In this document: positions 1 to 12,874 of the stretch, in pieces
Layout of the letters: the number at the start of each line of letters is the position of its first letter
Numbering within the stretch: position 1 is the stretch's first letter
Assembly: GCA_017984895.1 (NCBI GenBank)
Contig: JAGNYO010000005.1
Location: 1,010-65,009 of the forward strand
Direction: 5' to 3'
Length of the DNA: 64,000 nucleotides
Origin: Sphingobium sp.
GTDB lineage: Bacteria; Pseudomonadota; Alphaproteobacteria; Sphingomonadales; Sphingomonadaceae
The notes under the pieces: generated by a model
Database searches by the model: none
What the model was told of the DNA's origin: nothing
What the model saw: the letters and a program-made list of their open reading frames with translations, nothing else
Translations under genes and position numbers: made by a program

Positions 1-1211
<1,211 letters not shown>

Positions 1212-1219
<8 letters not shown>

Positions 1220-1919
1220 ATCTGAGGCCCATCGCCTCCAGCTTGCCGCGCATATCATATATATCGAGGCCCAGTTCACCTCCCGCGAGGCGCTGTCGCT
1301 TCGTTTCTTCGTTCGCCTCGCGCTCCTGTGCCTTTTTCAGGACGGCAGCGGCGTTGGCGCGCGGCACGATACACACGCCATCATCGTCGGCCACCACGAC
1401 ATCGCCCGCTTCGATTGGTCTGCCAGCGCATACTATCGGCACATTGACACTGCCCAGCGAGGCTTTGATGGTACCCTGCGCAAAGACGGCCTTGGACCAT
1501 ACCGGAAAGTTCATCCGCGTCAGATCGCGCACGTCCCTTACCCCCGCATCAATAATCAGGCCACGGCAGCCGCGCGCCTGCGCTGAAGTCGCCAGCAAAT
1601 CTCCAAAATACCCATCTTCGCACGGGCTGGTCGGTGCGATGACCAGAATATCCCCTGTCCTGATCTGCTCGATGGCGACATGGACCATCCAGTTATCGCC
1701 GGGAGGGGCGGATACGGTAATTGCGCTGCCCGCTATCCGCGCGCCGGAATAGATTGGCCGTATGAAGCTGGCGAGGAGGCCAGTGCGGCCCTGTGCTTCG
1801 TGTACCGTGGCGACACCGCACTCGGCCAGCCCGTCGATCACATCACTGTCCGCGCGTTCGATGTTCTGCACCACAATGCCCGTCATAGTTTGAACCTGCT
1901 CGTCCGGTTTTCGTCCCAT
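1212..1919 (-). CDS. ligK: 4-carboxy-4-hydroxy-2-oxoadipate aldolase / oxaloacetate decarboxylase (RraA-like class II aldolase)
   Basis: 235 aa. ..[51 protein letters not shown].. matches my recollection of LigK/GalC. AGGAAAG lies just upstream of ATG 1919. Alternative start is MTGIVV at 1886. Confidence 0.9.
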
Positions 1920-1994
1920 GCTTTCCTACACAGGAAAAATCTGCCGGGAAATCCGATCTATCAACCGGCTATAAGCTCATGCTAATAATATGTA

Positions 1995-3140
1995 ATGGAC
2001 ATATGGAAGCTCAACCTCCGTCACCTGCGCGCGGTAATGGCTATCGCCCAACAGGGCAGCATTTCCGCAGCGGCGCGCGCTGTCAGCATTACCCAGCCTG
2101 CAATCACCCAGGGGCTGGCACGACTGGAGGAGCATCTGGGCGAGGCGTTGTTTGAGCGACGACCGGACGGGATGCGTCCCACGGAGGCTGGCGAGCTTGT
2201 AGTGTCGCGCGTTGCTGCTGCAATGGGTCATATCCGCTCGGTGCGGGTGACGATGGCGCAAATGCATGCTTTTGTCGCCCTGGCCCGCGAAGGAAGCTAT
2301 GCTTCTGCTGCCCACAAGACAGGATTGTCGCAGCCTTCTCTGCATCGTGCTATCAGTGACCTCGCCATTGTCCTGCGCAGGCAGTTAGTGGAGCGGCATG
2401 GTAAGACCATTGGCCTGACGCAGCAGGGGCGCCTGGTGGCGCGGCGCTTTAGGCTCGCTGAAGCGGAGCTGCGCGCCTGCATGATAGAGCTGGGCACTCT
2501 GCGCGGCGGGAAGATGGGCAAGATTGTGATCGGGGCGATGCCTTTGTCGCGGGCGCGCCTTCTTCCAAGCACGTGCGCGTCGTTTGTGGCGCTGGATGAT
2601 GGCGCAGTGATCGAGGTTGTCGAAGGGGCTTATGCCGACCTTATCGAGCCGCTGCGCGATGGCGAAATCGACTTCATGATTGGCGCCTTACGCAGCCCGT
2701 CGCCGGAAGCGCTTGAGCAGACCCCGCTTTTCCATGACCAGCCGATGGTATTTGCGAGAGCCGGCCACCCGCTGGCGAAGAGCCGGCCTGAACTTGCTCA
2801 CCTTGCCGCCTATGACTGGGTAGTTCCGCCCCGCGCTGTCCCTCTGCGCGAAAGCTGGGAGCGCTGGTTCGCGAAAGCCGGGCTGGCACGGCCTCGGGTG
2901 CCGATCGAATGTGGTTCGGTCATCACCATTCGGGAGATATTGCGAGAAACGGATTTCCTGACCGTGCTGTCCCGCGATCAGGTTCGTGCCGAACTGGAGG
3001 CCGGGTGGCTCGTTCCTGTCATGCAGGTTCCCGCATGGTTTCATCGCACAATAGGCGTTACTATGCGGAGTGGATGGCGGCCTACGCCGGGACATCGCGC
3101 CTTTCTTGATCATCTCGTTCAGATAGCAAGTCAGTTATAA
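1995..3140 (+). CDS. ligR: LysR-family transcriptional regulator with two tandem N-terminal HTH modules (LigR-like by position)
   Basis: 381 aa, divergent from ligK. LysR-type wHTH is readable twice (aa ~6-66 and ~87-150), followed by a substrate-binding domain of normal length. The gene symbol is a positional inference. Confidence 0.8.
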   Translation: MDIWKLNLRHLRAVMAIAQQGSISAAARAVSITQPAITQGLARLEEHLGEALFERRPDGMRPTEAGELVVSRVAAAMGHIRSVRVTMAQMHAFVALAREGSYASAAHKTGLSQPSLHRAISDLAIVLRRQLVERHGKTIGLTQQGRLVARRFRLAEAELRACMIELGTLRGGKMGKIVIGAMPLSRARLLPSTCASFVALDDGAVIEVVEGAYADLIEPLRDGEIDFMIGALRSPSPEALEQTPLFHDQPMVFARAGHPLAKSRPELAHLAAYDWVVPPRAVPLRESWERWFAKAGLARPRVPIECGSVITIREILRETDFLTVLSRDQVRAELEAGWLVPVMQVPAWFHRTIGVTMRSGWRPTPGHRAFLDHLVQIASQL

Positions 3141-3150
3141 TTCGAAATTA
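3138..3150. promoter_or_regulatory. T-N11-A dyad TAATTCGAAATTA, candidate LTTR (LigR) site upstream of the ligJ-side operon
   Basis: Exact T-N11-A spacing with TAAT/ATTA ends, overlapping the ligR stop codon and 63 nt upstream of the next start. A 12-bp perfect palindrome GGATCATGATCC (3195..3206) lies 7 nt before ATG 3213. Confidence 0.3.
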
Positions 3151-3212
3151 CTTATATCATCCCCGCGCTTCCGATTGGCGCTTGAGGCGGGTTGGGATCA
3201 TGATCCTTAGCC

Positions 3213-4073
3213 ATGAAAGCGGATGTTTCCTTCCTGGGTTTCGGTGAGGCGGCCCTGGCTTTTGCGACCGCGCAAGGCTGGCGCAGTAGTGCGAGCGCCT
3301 ATGACAGAAAATTTGATGATCCTACACAGGCTGACACCAAGCGTCAGGACTGCCTGCATGCGAGCGTGACACCAGCAGCCAGCGCGGCCGAGGCGGCCAA
3401 GGCGTGCGGTTTCATCCTCTCACTGGTGACGGCGGATCAGGCCCTTGCTGCGGCGGCATCTGTTGCGGGGGCATTGCATCCCGGCACACTCTATTGCGAT
3501 GGCAACAGCGTCGCACCTCAAACCAAGCAGGCTGCCGCTGGTGTGATAGAGGCAGCGGGCGGCCACTATGTCGATATGGCGATCATGGCGCCAGTGTATC
3601 CGGCGCAGCTTTCCGTGCCGGTGTTACTGAGCGGGGCGCAGGCGCAGTCCGCAGCTAGGGCGCTCATCGCGCTGGGTTTCACCAATATCCGCATCATAGG
3701 CGATGATGTGGGCCGTGCCTCCACTATCAAGATGCTGCGCTCGGTGATGGTTAAAGGGATCGAAGCCCTTACGGCGGAATGTCTGCTCGCTTGCGAGAAG
3801 GCTGGCGTTGCCGATGAAGTGCTGTGCAGCTTCGGCAACTCCGTGGGGAGTGAGGACTGGGCAAACGGCGCGAATTACCGACTGGACCGGATGATCATGC
3901 ATGGCCTGCGCCGCGCCGCCGAGATGGAAGAAGTGGCATTGACTCTGGAAGGACTGGGCGTCGCTCCGTTGATGACGCGTGGCACGGTGGAGCGGCAGCG
4001 CCAGATCGGCTCCCGGCATGTTCGCCCGCTGCCAGACACCCTCGCAGCGAAGCTGAAATGGCTCATTCCATGA
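3213..4073 (+). CDS. NAD(P)-binding oxidoreductase, 6-phosphogluconate/3-hydroxyisobutyrate dehydrogenase-like with DUF1932-type C-terminus
   Basis: 286 aa. N-terminal Rossmann-like ..VSFLGFGEAALAF.. C-terminal region (..IKMLRSVMVKGIEALTAECLLA..RMIMHGLRRAAEMEEV..) resembles the DUF1932 family as I recall it. Confidence 0.6.
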   Translation: MKADVSFLGFGEAALAFATAQGWRSSASAYDRKFDDPTQADTKRQDCLHASVTPAASAAEAAKACGFILSLVTADQALAAAASVAGALHPGTLYCDGNSVAPQTKQAAAGVIEAAGGHYVDMAIMAPVYPAQLSVPVLLSGAQAQSAARALIALGFTNIRIIGDDVGRASTIKMLRSVMVKGIEALTAECLLACEKAGVADEVLCSFGNSVGSEDWANGANYRLDRMIMHGLRRAAEMEEVALTLEGLGVAPLMTRGTVERQRQIGSRHVRPLPDTLAAKLKWLIP

Positions 4074-5095
4074 CCTTGGTGATCGATTGCCACGGCCACT
4101 ACACGGTGCTGCCGAAAGAACATGATGCCTGGCGCGAGGCGCAAAAAGCGGCCTTCAGGGCTGGCACGCAGGCGCCGCCCTATCCCGATATTTCGGATGA
4201 GGAAATTCGCGAAACGATTGAAGCAAACCAGCTTCGCCTCATCAAGGAGCGCGGTGCGGATGTAACGATATTTTCGCCACGCGCATCGGCCATGGCACCC
4301 CATATAGGGGACGAAGCTATGGCGAAAGAATGGGCATTCCGCTGCAACACCCTGATTGCGCGCGTCGTGGAGCTATTCCCCGAAACCTTCGCGGGGGTGT
4401 GCATGCTGCCTCAATCACCCGCCGCCGGGATGAGCAACAGCATCGCCGAGCTGGAGCGGTGCGTGACGGAGCTGGGCTTCATCGGCTGCAACCTCAATCC
4501 CGATCCGGGTGGCGGGCATTTCACCCATCCGCCGCTCACCGATCGCACCTGGTATCCTTTTTACGAGAAAATGGTCGAGCTGGATGTCCCCGCGATGATC
4601 CATGTCTCGGGCAGTTGCAACCCGGCGATGCACGCAACCGGCGGCTATTATATCGCGGCGGACACCATTGCCTTCATGCAGTTGCTGGAAGGAGATCTGT
4701 TCACCGATTTCCCGACGCTGCGCTTCATCATCCCGCATGGTGGCGGCGCGGTGCCCTATCATTGGGGGCGCTATCGTGGGCTGGCGGACATGCTGAAAAA
4801 GCCTGCGCTTGACACGCATCTGATGAATAATATCTTCTTCGACACCTGCGTCTATCATCAGCCGGGTATCGATTTGCTGGCAGGCGTGATTGATACCAAG
4901 AACATATTGTTCGGCAGCGAGATGATCGGCGCGGTGCGGGGCATTGATCCGACAACCGGCCATTATTTCGATGATACCAAGAGGTATATCGACGCACTGG
5001 ATATAAGCTCCGAGGAAAAGCACGCAATCTTCGAAGGCAATGCCCGGCGGGTGTTTCCGCGGCTGGATGCGCAATTGAAGGAAAGGGGCCTATGA
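4058..5095 (+). CDS. ligJ: 4-oxalomesaconate hydratase (amidohydrolase_2 family)
   Basis: 345 aa. ..LVIDCHGHYTVLPKEHDAWREAQKAAF..DEEIRETIEANQLRLIKERGAD..MIHVSGSCNPAMHATG..RFIIPHGGGAVPYHWGR.. is very close to my recollection of SYK-6 LigJ. The second ATG at 4070 would give an ATGA overlap with the upstream stop. Confidence 0.9.
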   Translation: MAHSMTLVIDCHGHYTVLPKEHDAWREAQKAAFRAGTQAPPYPDISDEEIRETIEANQLRLIKERGADVTIFSPRASAMAPHIGDEAMAKEWAFRCNTLIARVVELFPETFAGVCMLPQSPAAGMSNSIAELERCVTELGFIGCNLNPDPGGGHFTHPPLTDRTWYPFYEKMVELDVPAMIHVSGSCNPAMHATGGYYIAADTIAFMQLLEGDLFTDFPTLRFIIPHGGGAVPYHWGRYRGLADMLKKPALDTHLMNNIFFDTCVYHQPGIDLLAGVIDTKNILFGSEMIGAVRGIDPTTGHYFDDTKRYIDALDISSEEKHAIFEGNARRVFPRLDAQLKERGL

Positions 5096-6135
5096 GCACC
5101 TGGCTGACAAACGCCTGGTATATCGCGGCATGGGACGCAGAGGTTGACCGTGCCCCGCTGGCCCGCACGATATGCGGTGTGCCTATGCTGTTCTACCGCA
5201 CGCTTGACCGCACGGTAATCGCGATGCGTGATGCCTGTCCTCATCGATTGCTGCCGCTCTCGCTCGGCATCCGCGAGGGTGATTCCATCCGTTGCAAATA
5301 TCATGGGTTGAAGCTGGGACCGGACGGTCGCGCCGAGGAAATGCCGGTCCGCACCGATTCCGTAAATCCGACGATCTGCGTTGAAACCTATATCACGCAT
5401 GAGCGGCACCGCTTCGTCTGGATTTGGGTCGGCGAGGGTGCCAAAGCCGATCCGGCGCTGATCCCGGACCTTTGGCCATGCTCTGCAATGGGCTGGACCT
5501 TCGATGGAGGATATTGCCGGATCGAGAGTGACTATCGCCTGATGATCGACAACCTGATGGACCTCACCCATGAAACCTATGTTCATGCCGGTTCCATCGG
5601 CCAGCCGGAAATCCTGGAAGCGCCCATAGAGACGCTGGTGGATAAGGAACGCGTGCTGGTGCACCGCTGGATGCCCAATATTGATGCGCCACCCTTCTGG
5701 CGCACGGCGCTCAAGCAGCATGGCCCCGTCGACCGCTGGCAGATCTGCCAGTTCCTGCTGCCTGCCGCTGTGATGATTGATGTAGGGGTGGCGCCGGTCA
5801 GCGCCGGGGCGACTCTAGACAGTCACGACCAGGGGGTGCGCGGCATGGTGATTGATTTCATGACTCCCGAGAGCGAGACAAGTCATCATTATTTCTGGGG
5901 CATGGCCCGCAACTTCGATACCGAGGACCCCGGCTTTACCGCACGGTTCAAGCATCAGCAGAGCACTGTGTTTGCCGAGGACAAAGTGGTGCTGGAAGCC
6001 CAGCAGCGGGCGATTATCGCAAACCCCGACCTGAAGCTCGCCGCCTATCGCATCGACGAGGGCGGTGTGCGGGCGCGCCAGCTCATCGCGCGCGCCATCA
6101 AGGCCGCACATTCCGCAGCGGAAATTTCCGCATGA
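5092..6135 (+). CDS. Rieske [2Fe-2S] aromatic-ring oxygenase, VanA-like (vanillate O-demethylase oxygenase family)
   Basis: 347 aa. Rieske motif CPHR-x17-CKYHG. Mononuclear-iron motif DNLMDLTHETYVH. ATGA overlap with the ligJ stop. Substrate unknown. Confidence 0.85.
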   Translation: MSTWLTNAWYIAAWDAEVDRAPLARTICGVPMLFYRTLDRTVIAMRDACPHRLLPLSLGIREGDSIRCKYHGLKLGPDGRAEEMPVRTDSVNPTICVETYITHERHRFVWIWVGEGAKADPALIPDLWPCSAMGWTFDGGYCRIESDYRLMIDNLMDLTHETYVHAGSIGQPEILEAPIETLVDKERVLVHRWMPNIDAPPFWRTALKQHGPVDRWQICQFLLPAAVMIDVGVAPVSAGATLDSHDQGVRGMVIDFMTPESETSHHYFWGMARNFDTEDPGFTARFKHQQSTVFAEDKVVLEAQQRAIIANPDLKLAAYRIDEGGVRARQLIARAIKAAHSAAEISA

Positions 6136-6171
6136 CACCCCCAATCATTATTCACGGAAAGTGAGAGCGTT

Positions 6172-6464
6172 ATGACCATCATCTCAAACGGGACCGCTGC
6201 TACATCCCAGGGCGACAAATATATACGCCAGCTTATCAAACACTGGGGCCACAAGTTCGAAACTTCATACGAGGAGGGTGTCGGCACAGTGCCCTTCGCG
6301 CCCGACGCCATTGCGCGCCTGACCAGCGACGCCGCATCCTTGCGCATTGAATTGCAAACCCCGGACGCCGAAGGCGCCACCGCGCTCCGCGGCGTCATCG
6401 AGCGTCATGTTGATCGCTTTGCCTTTCGCGAGGCGCCCTTATCCTATGCCTGGGAGCCGCTGTT

Positions 6465-6468
<4 letters not shown>
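6172..6468 (+). CDS. DUF2218-like small protein
   Basis: 98 aa. ..GDKYIRQLIKHWGHKFETSY.. resembles the DUF2218 signature as I recall it. ATGA overlap with the ligA start. Confidence 0.55.
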
Positions 6469-8693
<2,225 letters not shown>

Positions 8694-8697
8694 AATC

Positions 8698-9705
8698 GTG
8701 GTTTTGCCGCTTCGCAATCTCGGCTCCTTATCGTCCACCGCGATCGCGTTCGGCTGCATGAACCTTAGCCATGCCTATAATGTCGCGCCTCCCGAAGAGG
8801 AGGCCGTTGCCCTGCTCAATCATGCACTTGATGCAGGCATGACGATGTTCGATACGGCGGCGCTCTATGGCGGCGGCGGTAACGAGCGCCTGCTGGCCAA
8901 GGCGGTTATGCACCGGCGCAAGGAGTTCGTGCTGGCGAGCAAGTGCGTGCTGGATATGATTGACGGGAAGCGCGTGCTCGATGGCCGGCCGGAAACGATA
9001 ACCGCTTCGCTGGAACGGTCGCTGCAACGCCTCGGCACGGACTATATCGATCTCTATTATCTGCACCGGCTGGACAGGAACGTGCCCATCGAGGAGTCCA
9101 TGGGGGCGTTGGTACGGGCAAAGGAGGCCGGCAAAATCGGGCATATCGGTGTCTCTGAAATGTCTGCGGCAACCATCAGGTGCGCCCATGCCGTTCATCC
9201 ACTGACTGCCGTACAGAGCGAATACAGCATCTGTGTGCGCAACCCGGAAGTGGCGGTGCTCGAGGCCTGCCGCGAGCTGGGGATTGGTTTTGTCGCCTTC
9301 TCTCCGCTGATGCGCGGCCTGCTGGCCGATGCTGTCCATAACGATGCTTATGCGCCGGGCGACATCCGCCACATGATGCCGCGTTTCACTGAGCCTAATC
9401 TCAGCACGAACCTGACAATAATCAGCGCTTATAACCGATTGGCGCGGGATCTTGATATTACGCCTTCCCAACTGGCGCTGGCCTGGGTGCTATCGCGTGG
9501 GGATCATATCGTCGCGCTGCCCGGCACACAGTCGCAACGGCATCTGGATGAAAATCTTGGCGCGGCTTCGATCATGCTGGATTCTGCCACATTGGCGAAC
9601 ATAGAGGGCCTGTTCGCGCCGGGCGCTCTTCTAGGCGATCGCTATCCGCCGCAAATGCAGGCGCAGATCGATACCGAGTTGCTGCCGGAGGAAGTAGCCC
9701 CTTAG
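8698..9705 (+). CDS. Aldo/keto reductase
   Basis: 335 aa. ..FDTAALYGGGGNERLLAKA..IDLYYLHRLD..GVSEMSA.. are typical AKR motifs. GTG start 5 nt after the ligC stop, so it is probably the last gene of the lig operon. Confidence 0.85.
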   Translation: MVLPLRNLGSLSSTAIAFGCMNLSHAYNVAPPEEEAVALLNHALDAGMTMFDTAALYGGGGNERLLAKAVMHRRKEFVLASKCVLDMIDGKRVLDGRPETITASLERSLQRLGTDYIDLYYLHRLDRNVPIEESMGALVRAKEAGKIGHIGVSEMSAATIRCAHAVHPLTAVQSEYSICVRNPEVAVLEACRELGIGFVAFSPLMRGLLADAVHNDAYAPGDIRHMMPRFTEPNLSTNLTIISAYNRLARDLDITPSQLALAWVLSRGDHIVALPGTQSQRHLDENLGAASIMLDSATLANIEGLFAPGALLGDRYPPQMQAQIDTELLPEEVAP

Positions 9706-9743
9706 CGCTCGTCAGTGAAGAGCGTAACCTGCCCGAGGAATGA

Positions 9744-10907
9744 TCAGGTCCGTGTCATCAATAGTTTGCCCTCCAGCACAGTGAAGGCAAGGCGGCCCTC
9801 TACCAGATCGAGCGCGTCACGGCCGAACTGTTCGAACCGCCATCCTTCGAGAATGCATAGCCCCTCGCGCACGCCTGCCGCCAGCATCTCGACATCATCG
9901 GTGCGGGCGATGAGCCGCGCAGCAACATCGATCTCCTTGGCGCGAATCTTTAGCAGCAGCTTCAACAGGTCTGCCACCAGCGCGCCATCCTTGCCAAGAC
10001 CGGGGCGTTTCGGGTCGCGCTCTGGCATTTCCTCGCTCGGCAGGGGCACGGCGGAGGCCAGGGCCTGCATCAATCGCGAACCTATATCATTTACTTTCCA
10101 GGAAGCGGAAAGGCCACGCACCTTGCCCAGATCCTCCTGAACACGCGGCGAATGAGAGGCGAGGTCCGCCAGCGTCTCGTCCTTCACAATGCGGCCGCGC
10201 GGAATATCCTTGGTGCGCGCTTCCGTCTCGCGCCAGGCGGCAAGCGCTTTCAATCGGCCAAGCACGTCTGGCTTGCGGCTGGAAATGCGCACGCGCTTCC
10301 ATGCATCCTCCGGCCTGTTTTCATAATTGGCAGGGTCGCCGATCCGCTCCATCTCGTCATCGAGCCAGTCGCCACGCCCGGTTTTGCGCAGCTTTTCGAG
10401 CATCATCGGAAAAATCTGGACCAGATAGGTCACGTCTCCGATTGCATAGTCGATCTGCCGCTTGTCAAGGGGCCTGCGCGCCCAGTCGGTGAAGCGGGCG
10501 CCCTTGTCGAGTGTGATGCCCATCCAGGCATCGACGAGGTTGCCATAGCCGATCTGCTCGCCCAGCCCGAGCGCCATCGCTGCAATTTGCGTATCGAACA
10601 GCGGGTGCGGGGTCTTGCCGGTAAGATTGTAGATGATCTCCAGATCCTGCCCGCCCGCGTGAAAGACCTTCAGCACGTCCTCGTTATTGACCATCAGATC
10701 AAGCAGGGGGGTGAGGTCCAGCCCCGGCGCCTGGGGATCAATCGCGGCTGCCTCATGCTGATCAGCGATCTGGACGAGGCACAGTTCGGGCCAAAATGTG
10801 TTCTCGCGCATGAACTCGGTATCGATCGCGACCCAAGAGGAGCGGGAGAGGCGTTCGCACAGGGCGGCGAGGTCTTTGCTGTCGGTAATCAGCGGATGAA
10901 TTTGCAT
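9744..10907 (-). CDS. rnd: Ribonuclease D
   Basis: DEDD exonuclease motifs ..VAIDTEFMRE.., ..KVFHAGGQDLE.., ..QIDYAIGDVTYL.. plus an HRDC-like C-terminus. Start set to ATG 10907 (MQIHPL..); the ORF-track start at 10922 is GTG. Confidence 0.9.
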   Translation of the reverse strand: MQIHPLITDSKDLAALCERLSRSSWVAIDTEFMRENTFWPELCLVQIADQHEAAAIDPQAPGLDLTPLLDLMVNNEDVLKVFHAGGQDLEIIYNLTGKTPHPLFDTQIAAMALGLGEQIGYGNLVDAWMGITLDKGARFTDWARRPLDKRQIDYAIGDVTYLVQIFPMMLEKLRKTGRGDWLDDEMERIGDPANYENRPEDAWKRVRISSRKPDVLGRLKALAAWRETEARTKDIPRGRIVKDETLADLASHSPRVQEDLGKVRGLSASWKVNDIGSRLMQALASAVPLPSEEMPERDPKRPGLGKDGALVADLLKLLLKIRAKEIDVAARLIARTDDVEMLAAGVREGLCILEGWRFEQFGRDALDLVEGRLAFTVLEGKLLMTRT

Positions 10908-11020
10908 ATGGCCTTCGATCACATTATGGGCTGGCGCGCGGGTGCGCTGAGGTTCTTATACAAGAGTTGCAGCGCACATAGCCCGGTTACATCCATTTGT
11001 CATATTCAGAAACGAGCATC

Positions 11021-12802
11021 ATGCACGCATATCGCACCCATACCTGCGCCGAGCCGCGCCTTACTCACGCCGGGGAGACGATCCGGGTGTCCGGCTGGGT
11101 CCACCGCAAGCGCGATCATGGCGATCTGGTGTTCATCGATCTGCGCGATCATTATGGCATGGTGCAGATCGTTACCGAGGTCGATGGCCCGGTGTTCAAG
11201 GTGATCGAGAGCCTGAAGCCCGAAAGCGTGGTGACGATTACCGGCAGGGTGGTTGCCCGCGCCAAGGAGGCGATCAACCCCAATCTCCCCACGGGCGAGG
11301 TCGAGATCAGGGCGGATGACGCCGTGCTGCTCTCCGCCGCCGCCGAACTGCCGCTGCCGGTGGCGGGCGAGCAGGACTATCCGGAGGATGTCCGCCTGCG
11401 CTATCGCTTCCTGGACCTCAGGCGTGAGACGCTGCACGGCAATATCGTCAAGCGCACGAAGATAATCTCCGATATGCGCCGACGGATGGAAGCCGCAGGC
11501 TTCACCGAATATTCGACACCGATCCTGACGGCCAGCTCGCCCGAAGGCGCGCGCGATTTTCTGGTGCCCAGCCGCATCCATGCCGGCAAGTTTTATGCAC
11601 TCCCGCAGGCGCCGCAGCAATATAAGCAGCTTCTGATGGTCGCTGGTTTTGATCGCTATTTCCAGATCGCCCCCTGCTTCCGCGATGAGGACCCGCGCGC
11701 GGATCGTCTGCCCGGCGAGTTTTACCAGCTCGATCTCGAGATGAGCTTCGTCACGCAAGAAGATGTGTGGACCACGATGGAGCCGGTGATCGCGGAGGTG
11801 TTTGAAGCCTTCGCGGATGGCAAGCCAGTGACCCCTGCGGGCAGCTTTCCGCGCATCCCCCATGCCGAGGCCATGCTGAAATATGGCTCTGACAAGCCGG
11901 ACCTGCGCAATCCGGTGCTGATCACGGACGTGACGGATCATTTCGCCGGTTCCGGTTTCGGCATCTTTGCGGGAATTGTCGAAGGAGGCGGGGTGATCCG
12001 CGCGATCCCGGCGCCGGGCGCAGGGGCGGGCAGCCGCAAGTTCTTCGACGACATGAATGTCTGGGCGCGCGGCGAGGGCTATTCGGGCCTTGGCTACATC
12101 AACATCAAGGAAGGCGAGCCGGGCGGCCCGATCGCCAAAAATCATGGGCCTGAAGCCACCGCAAAGCTGATCGCGGCGCTGGGCCTTGGCCCCAATGACG
12201 GCGTGTTCTTCGCGGCGGGCAAGGAGGCTCAGGCGGCGAAGCTCGCCGGCCTCGCGCGCATCCGCGTGGGTGAGCAGCTCGACCTCATCAACAAGGATCG
12301 GTTTGAACTGTGCTGGATCGTCGATTTCCCGTTCTATGAGTATGACGAGGACGAGAAGAAGCTCGATTTCGCGCACAACCCGTTCTCTATGCCACAGGGC
12401 GGGATGGAGGCGCTGGAGGGTGCCGATCCGCTGTCGATCAAGGCCTATCAGTATGACATGGTCTGTAATGGCTTCGAGATCGCCTCCGGTTCGATCCGCA
12501 ACCAGCACCCCGATCTGATGGTCAAGGCGTTTGAACTGGTCGGCCTCTCCAAGGCGGATGTGGAGGAGCGGTTCGGCGGCCTCTATCGCGCGTTCCAATA
12601 TGGCGCGCCGCCCCATGGCGGCATGGCGGCAGGCGTGGATCGCATCGTCATGCTGCTCTGCGGCGCGCAGAACCTGCGCGAGGTGACACTTTTTCCGATG
12701 AACCAGCGCGCTGAGGATCTGCTGATGAGCGCACCGTCTACGGCTGCGCTCAAGCAGTTGCGCGAGCTGCATATCCGGGTGGTGGAACCGCAGAAGGGAT
12801 AA
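11021..12802 (+). CDS. aspS: Aspartate--tRNA ligase
   Basis: Class II aaRS. ..[25 protein letters not shown].. OB-fold anticodon domain. ..[10 protein letters not shown].. and ..[14 protein letters not shown].. motifs. Start set to ATG 11021 (MHAYRTH..) rather than TTG 10997. Confidence 0.95.
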   Translation: MHAYRTHTCAEPRLTHAGETIRVSGWVHRKRDHGDLVFIDLRDHYGMVQIVTEVDGPVFKVIESLKPESVVTITGRVVARAKEAINPNLPTGEVEIRADDAVLLSAAAELPLPVAGEQDYPEDVRLRYRFLDLRRETLHGNIVKRTKIISDMRRRMEAAGFTEYSTPILTASSPEGARDFLVPSRIHAGKFYALPQAPQQYKQLLMVAGFDRYFQIAPCFRDEDPRADRLPGEFYQLDLEMSFVTQEDVWTTMEPVIAEVFEAFADGKPVTPAGSFPRIPHAEAMLKYGSDKPDLRNPVLITDVTDHFAGSGFGIFAGIVEGGGVIRAIPAPGAGAGSRKFFDDMNVWARGEGYSGLGYINIKEGEPGGPIAKNHGPEATAKLIAALGLGPNDGVFFAAGKEAQAAKLAGLARIRVGEQLDLINKDRFELCWIVDFPFYEYDEDEKKLDFAHNPFSMPQGGMEALEGADPLSIKAYQYDMVCNGFEIASGSIRNQHPDLMVKAFELVGLSKADVEERFGGLYRAFQYGAPPHGGMAAGVDRIVMLLCGAQNLREVTLFPMNQRAEDLLMSAPSTAALKQLRELHIRVVEPQKG

Positions 12803-12874
12803 ATCGTCTCCATTTGGGGCAGCGCAACAGGAAGGCACTGCTCGACAGGACGCGCCCGGCGCGGCTAGGCTCTG

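Noticed and set aside
9706-9743. Possible terminator hairpin (CGCTC..GAGCG) between the convergent AKR and rnd genes.
   Set aside because: Only a 5-bp stem with a 9-nt loop and no T-run; too weak to call.
11006-12838. 610-aa ORF antisense to aspS. Similar long antisense or shadow ORFs occur at 32970..34691, 42761..44227, 26481..27629, 10152..11204, 36999..38012 and 8728..9471.
   Set aside because: Each lies entirely opposite a gene with unmistakable family motifs. Their translations are Arg/Ala/Gly/Pro-rich low-complexity sequence, typical of stop-codon-poor antisense frames in GC-rich DNA. No motifs were recognised.
12803-12874. Looked for a Pho box upstream of the PPK2 gene, given its proximity to the Pho regulon block.
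   Set aside because: No CTGTCAT-like direct repeats are visible in the 72-nt upstream region, so there is no sequence support for PhoB control.
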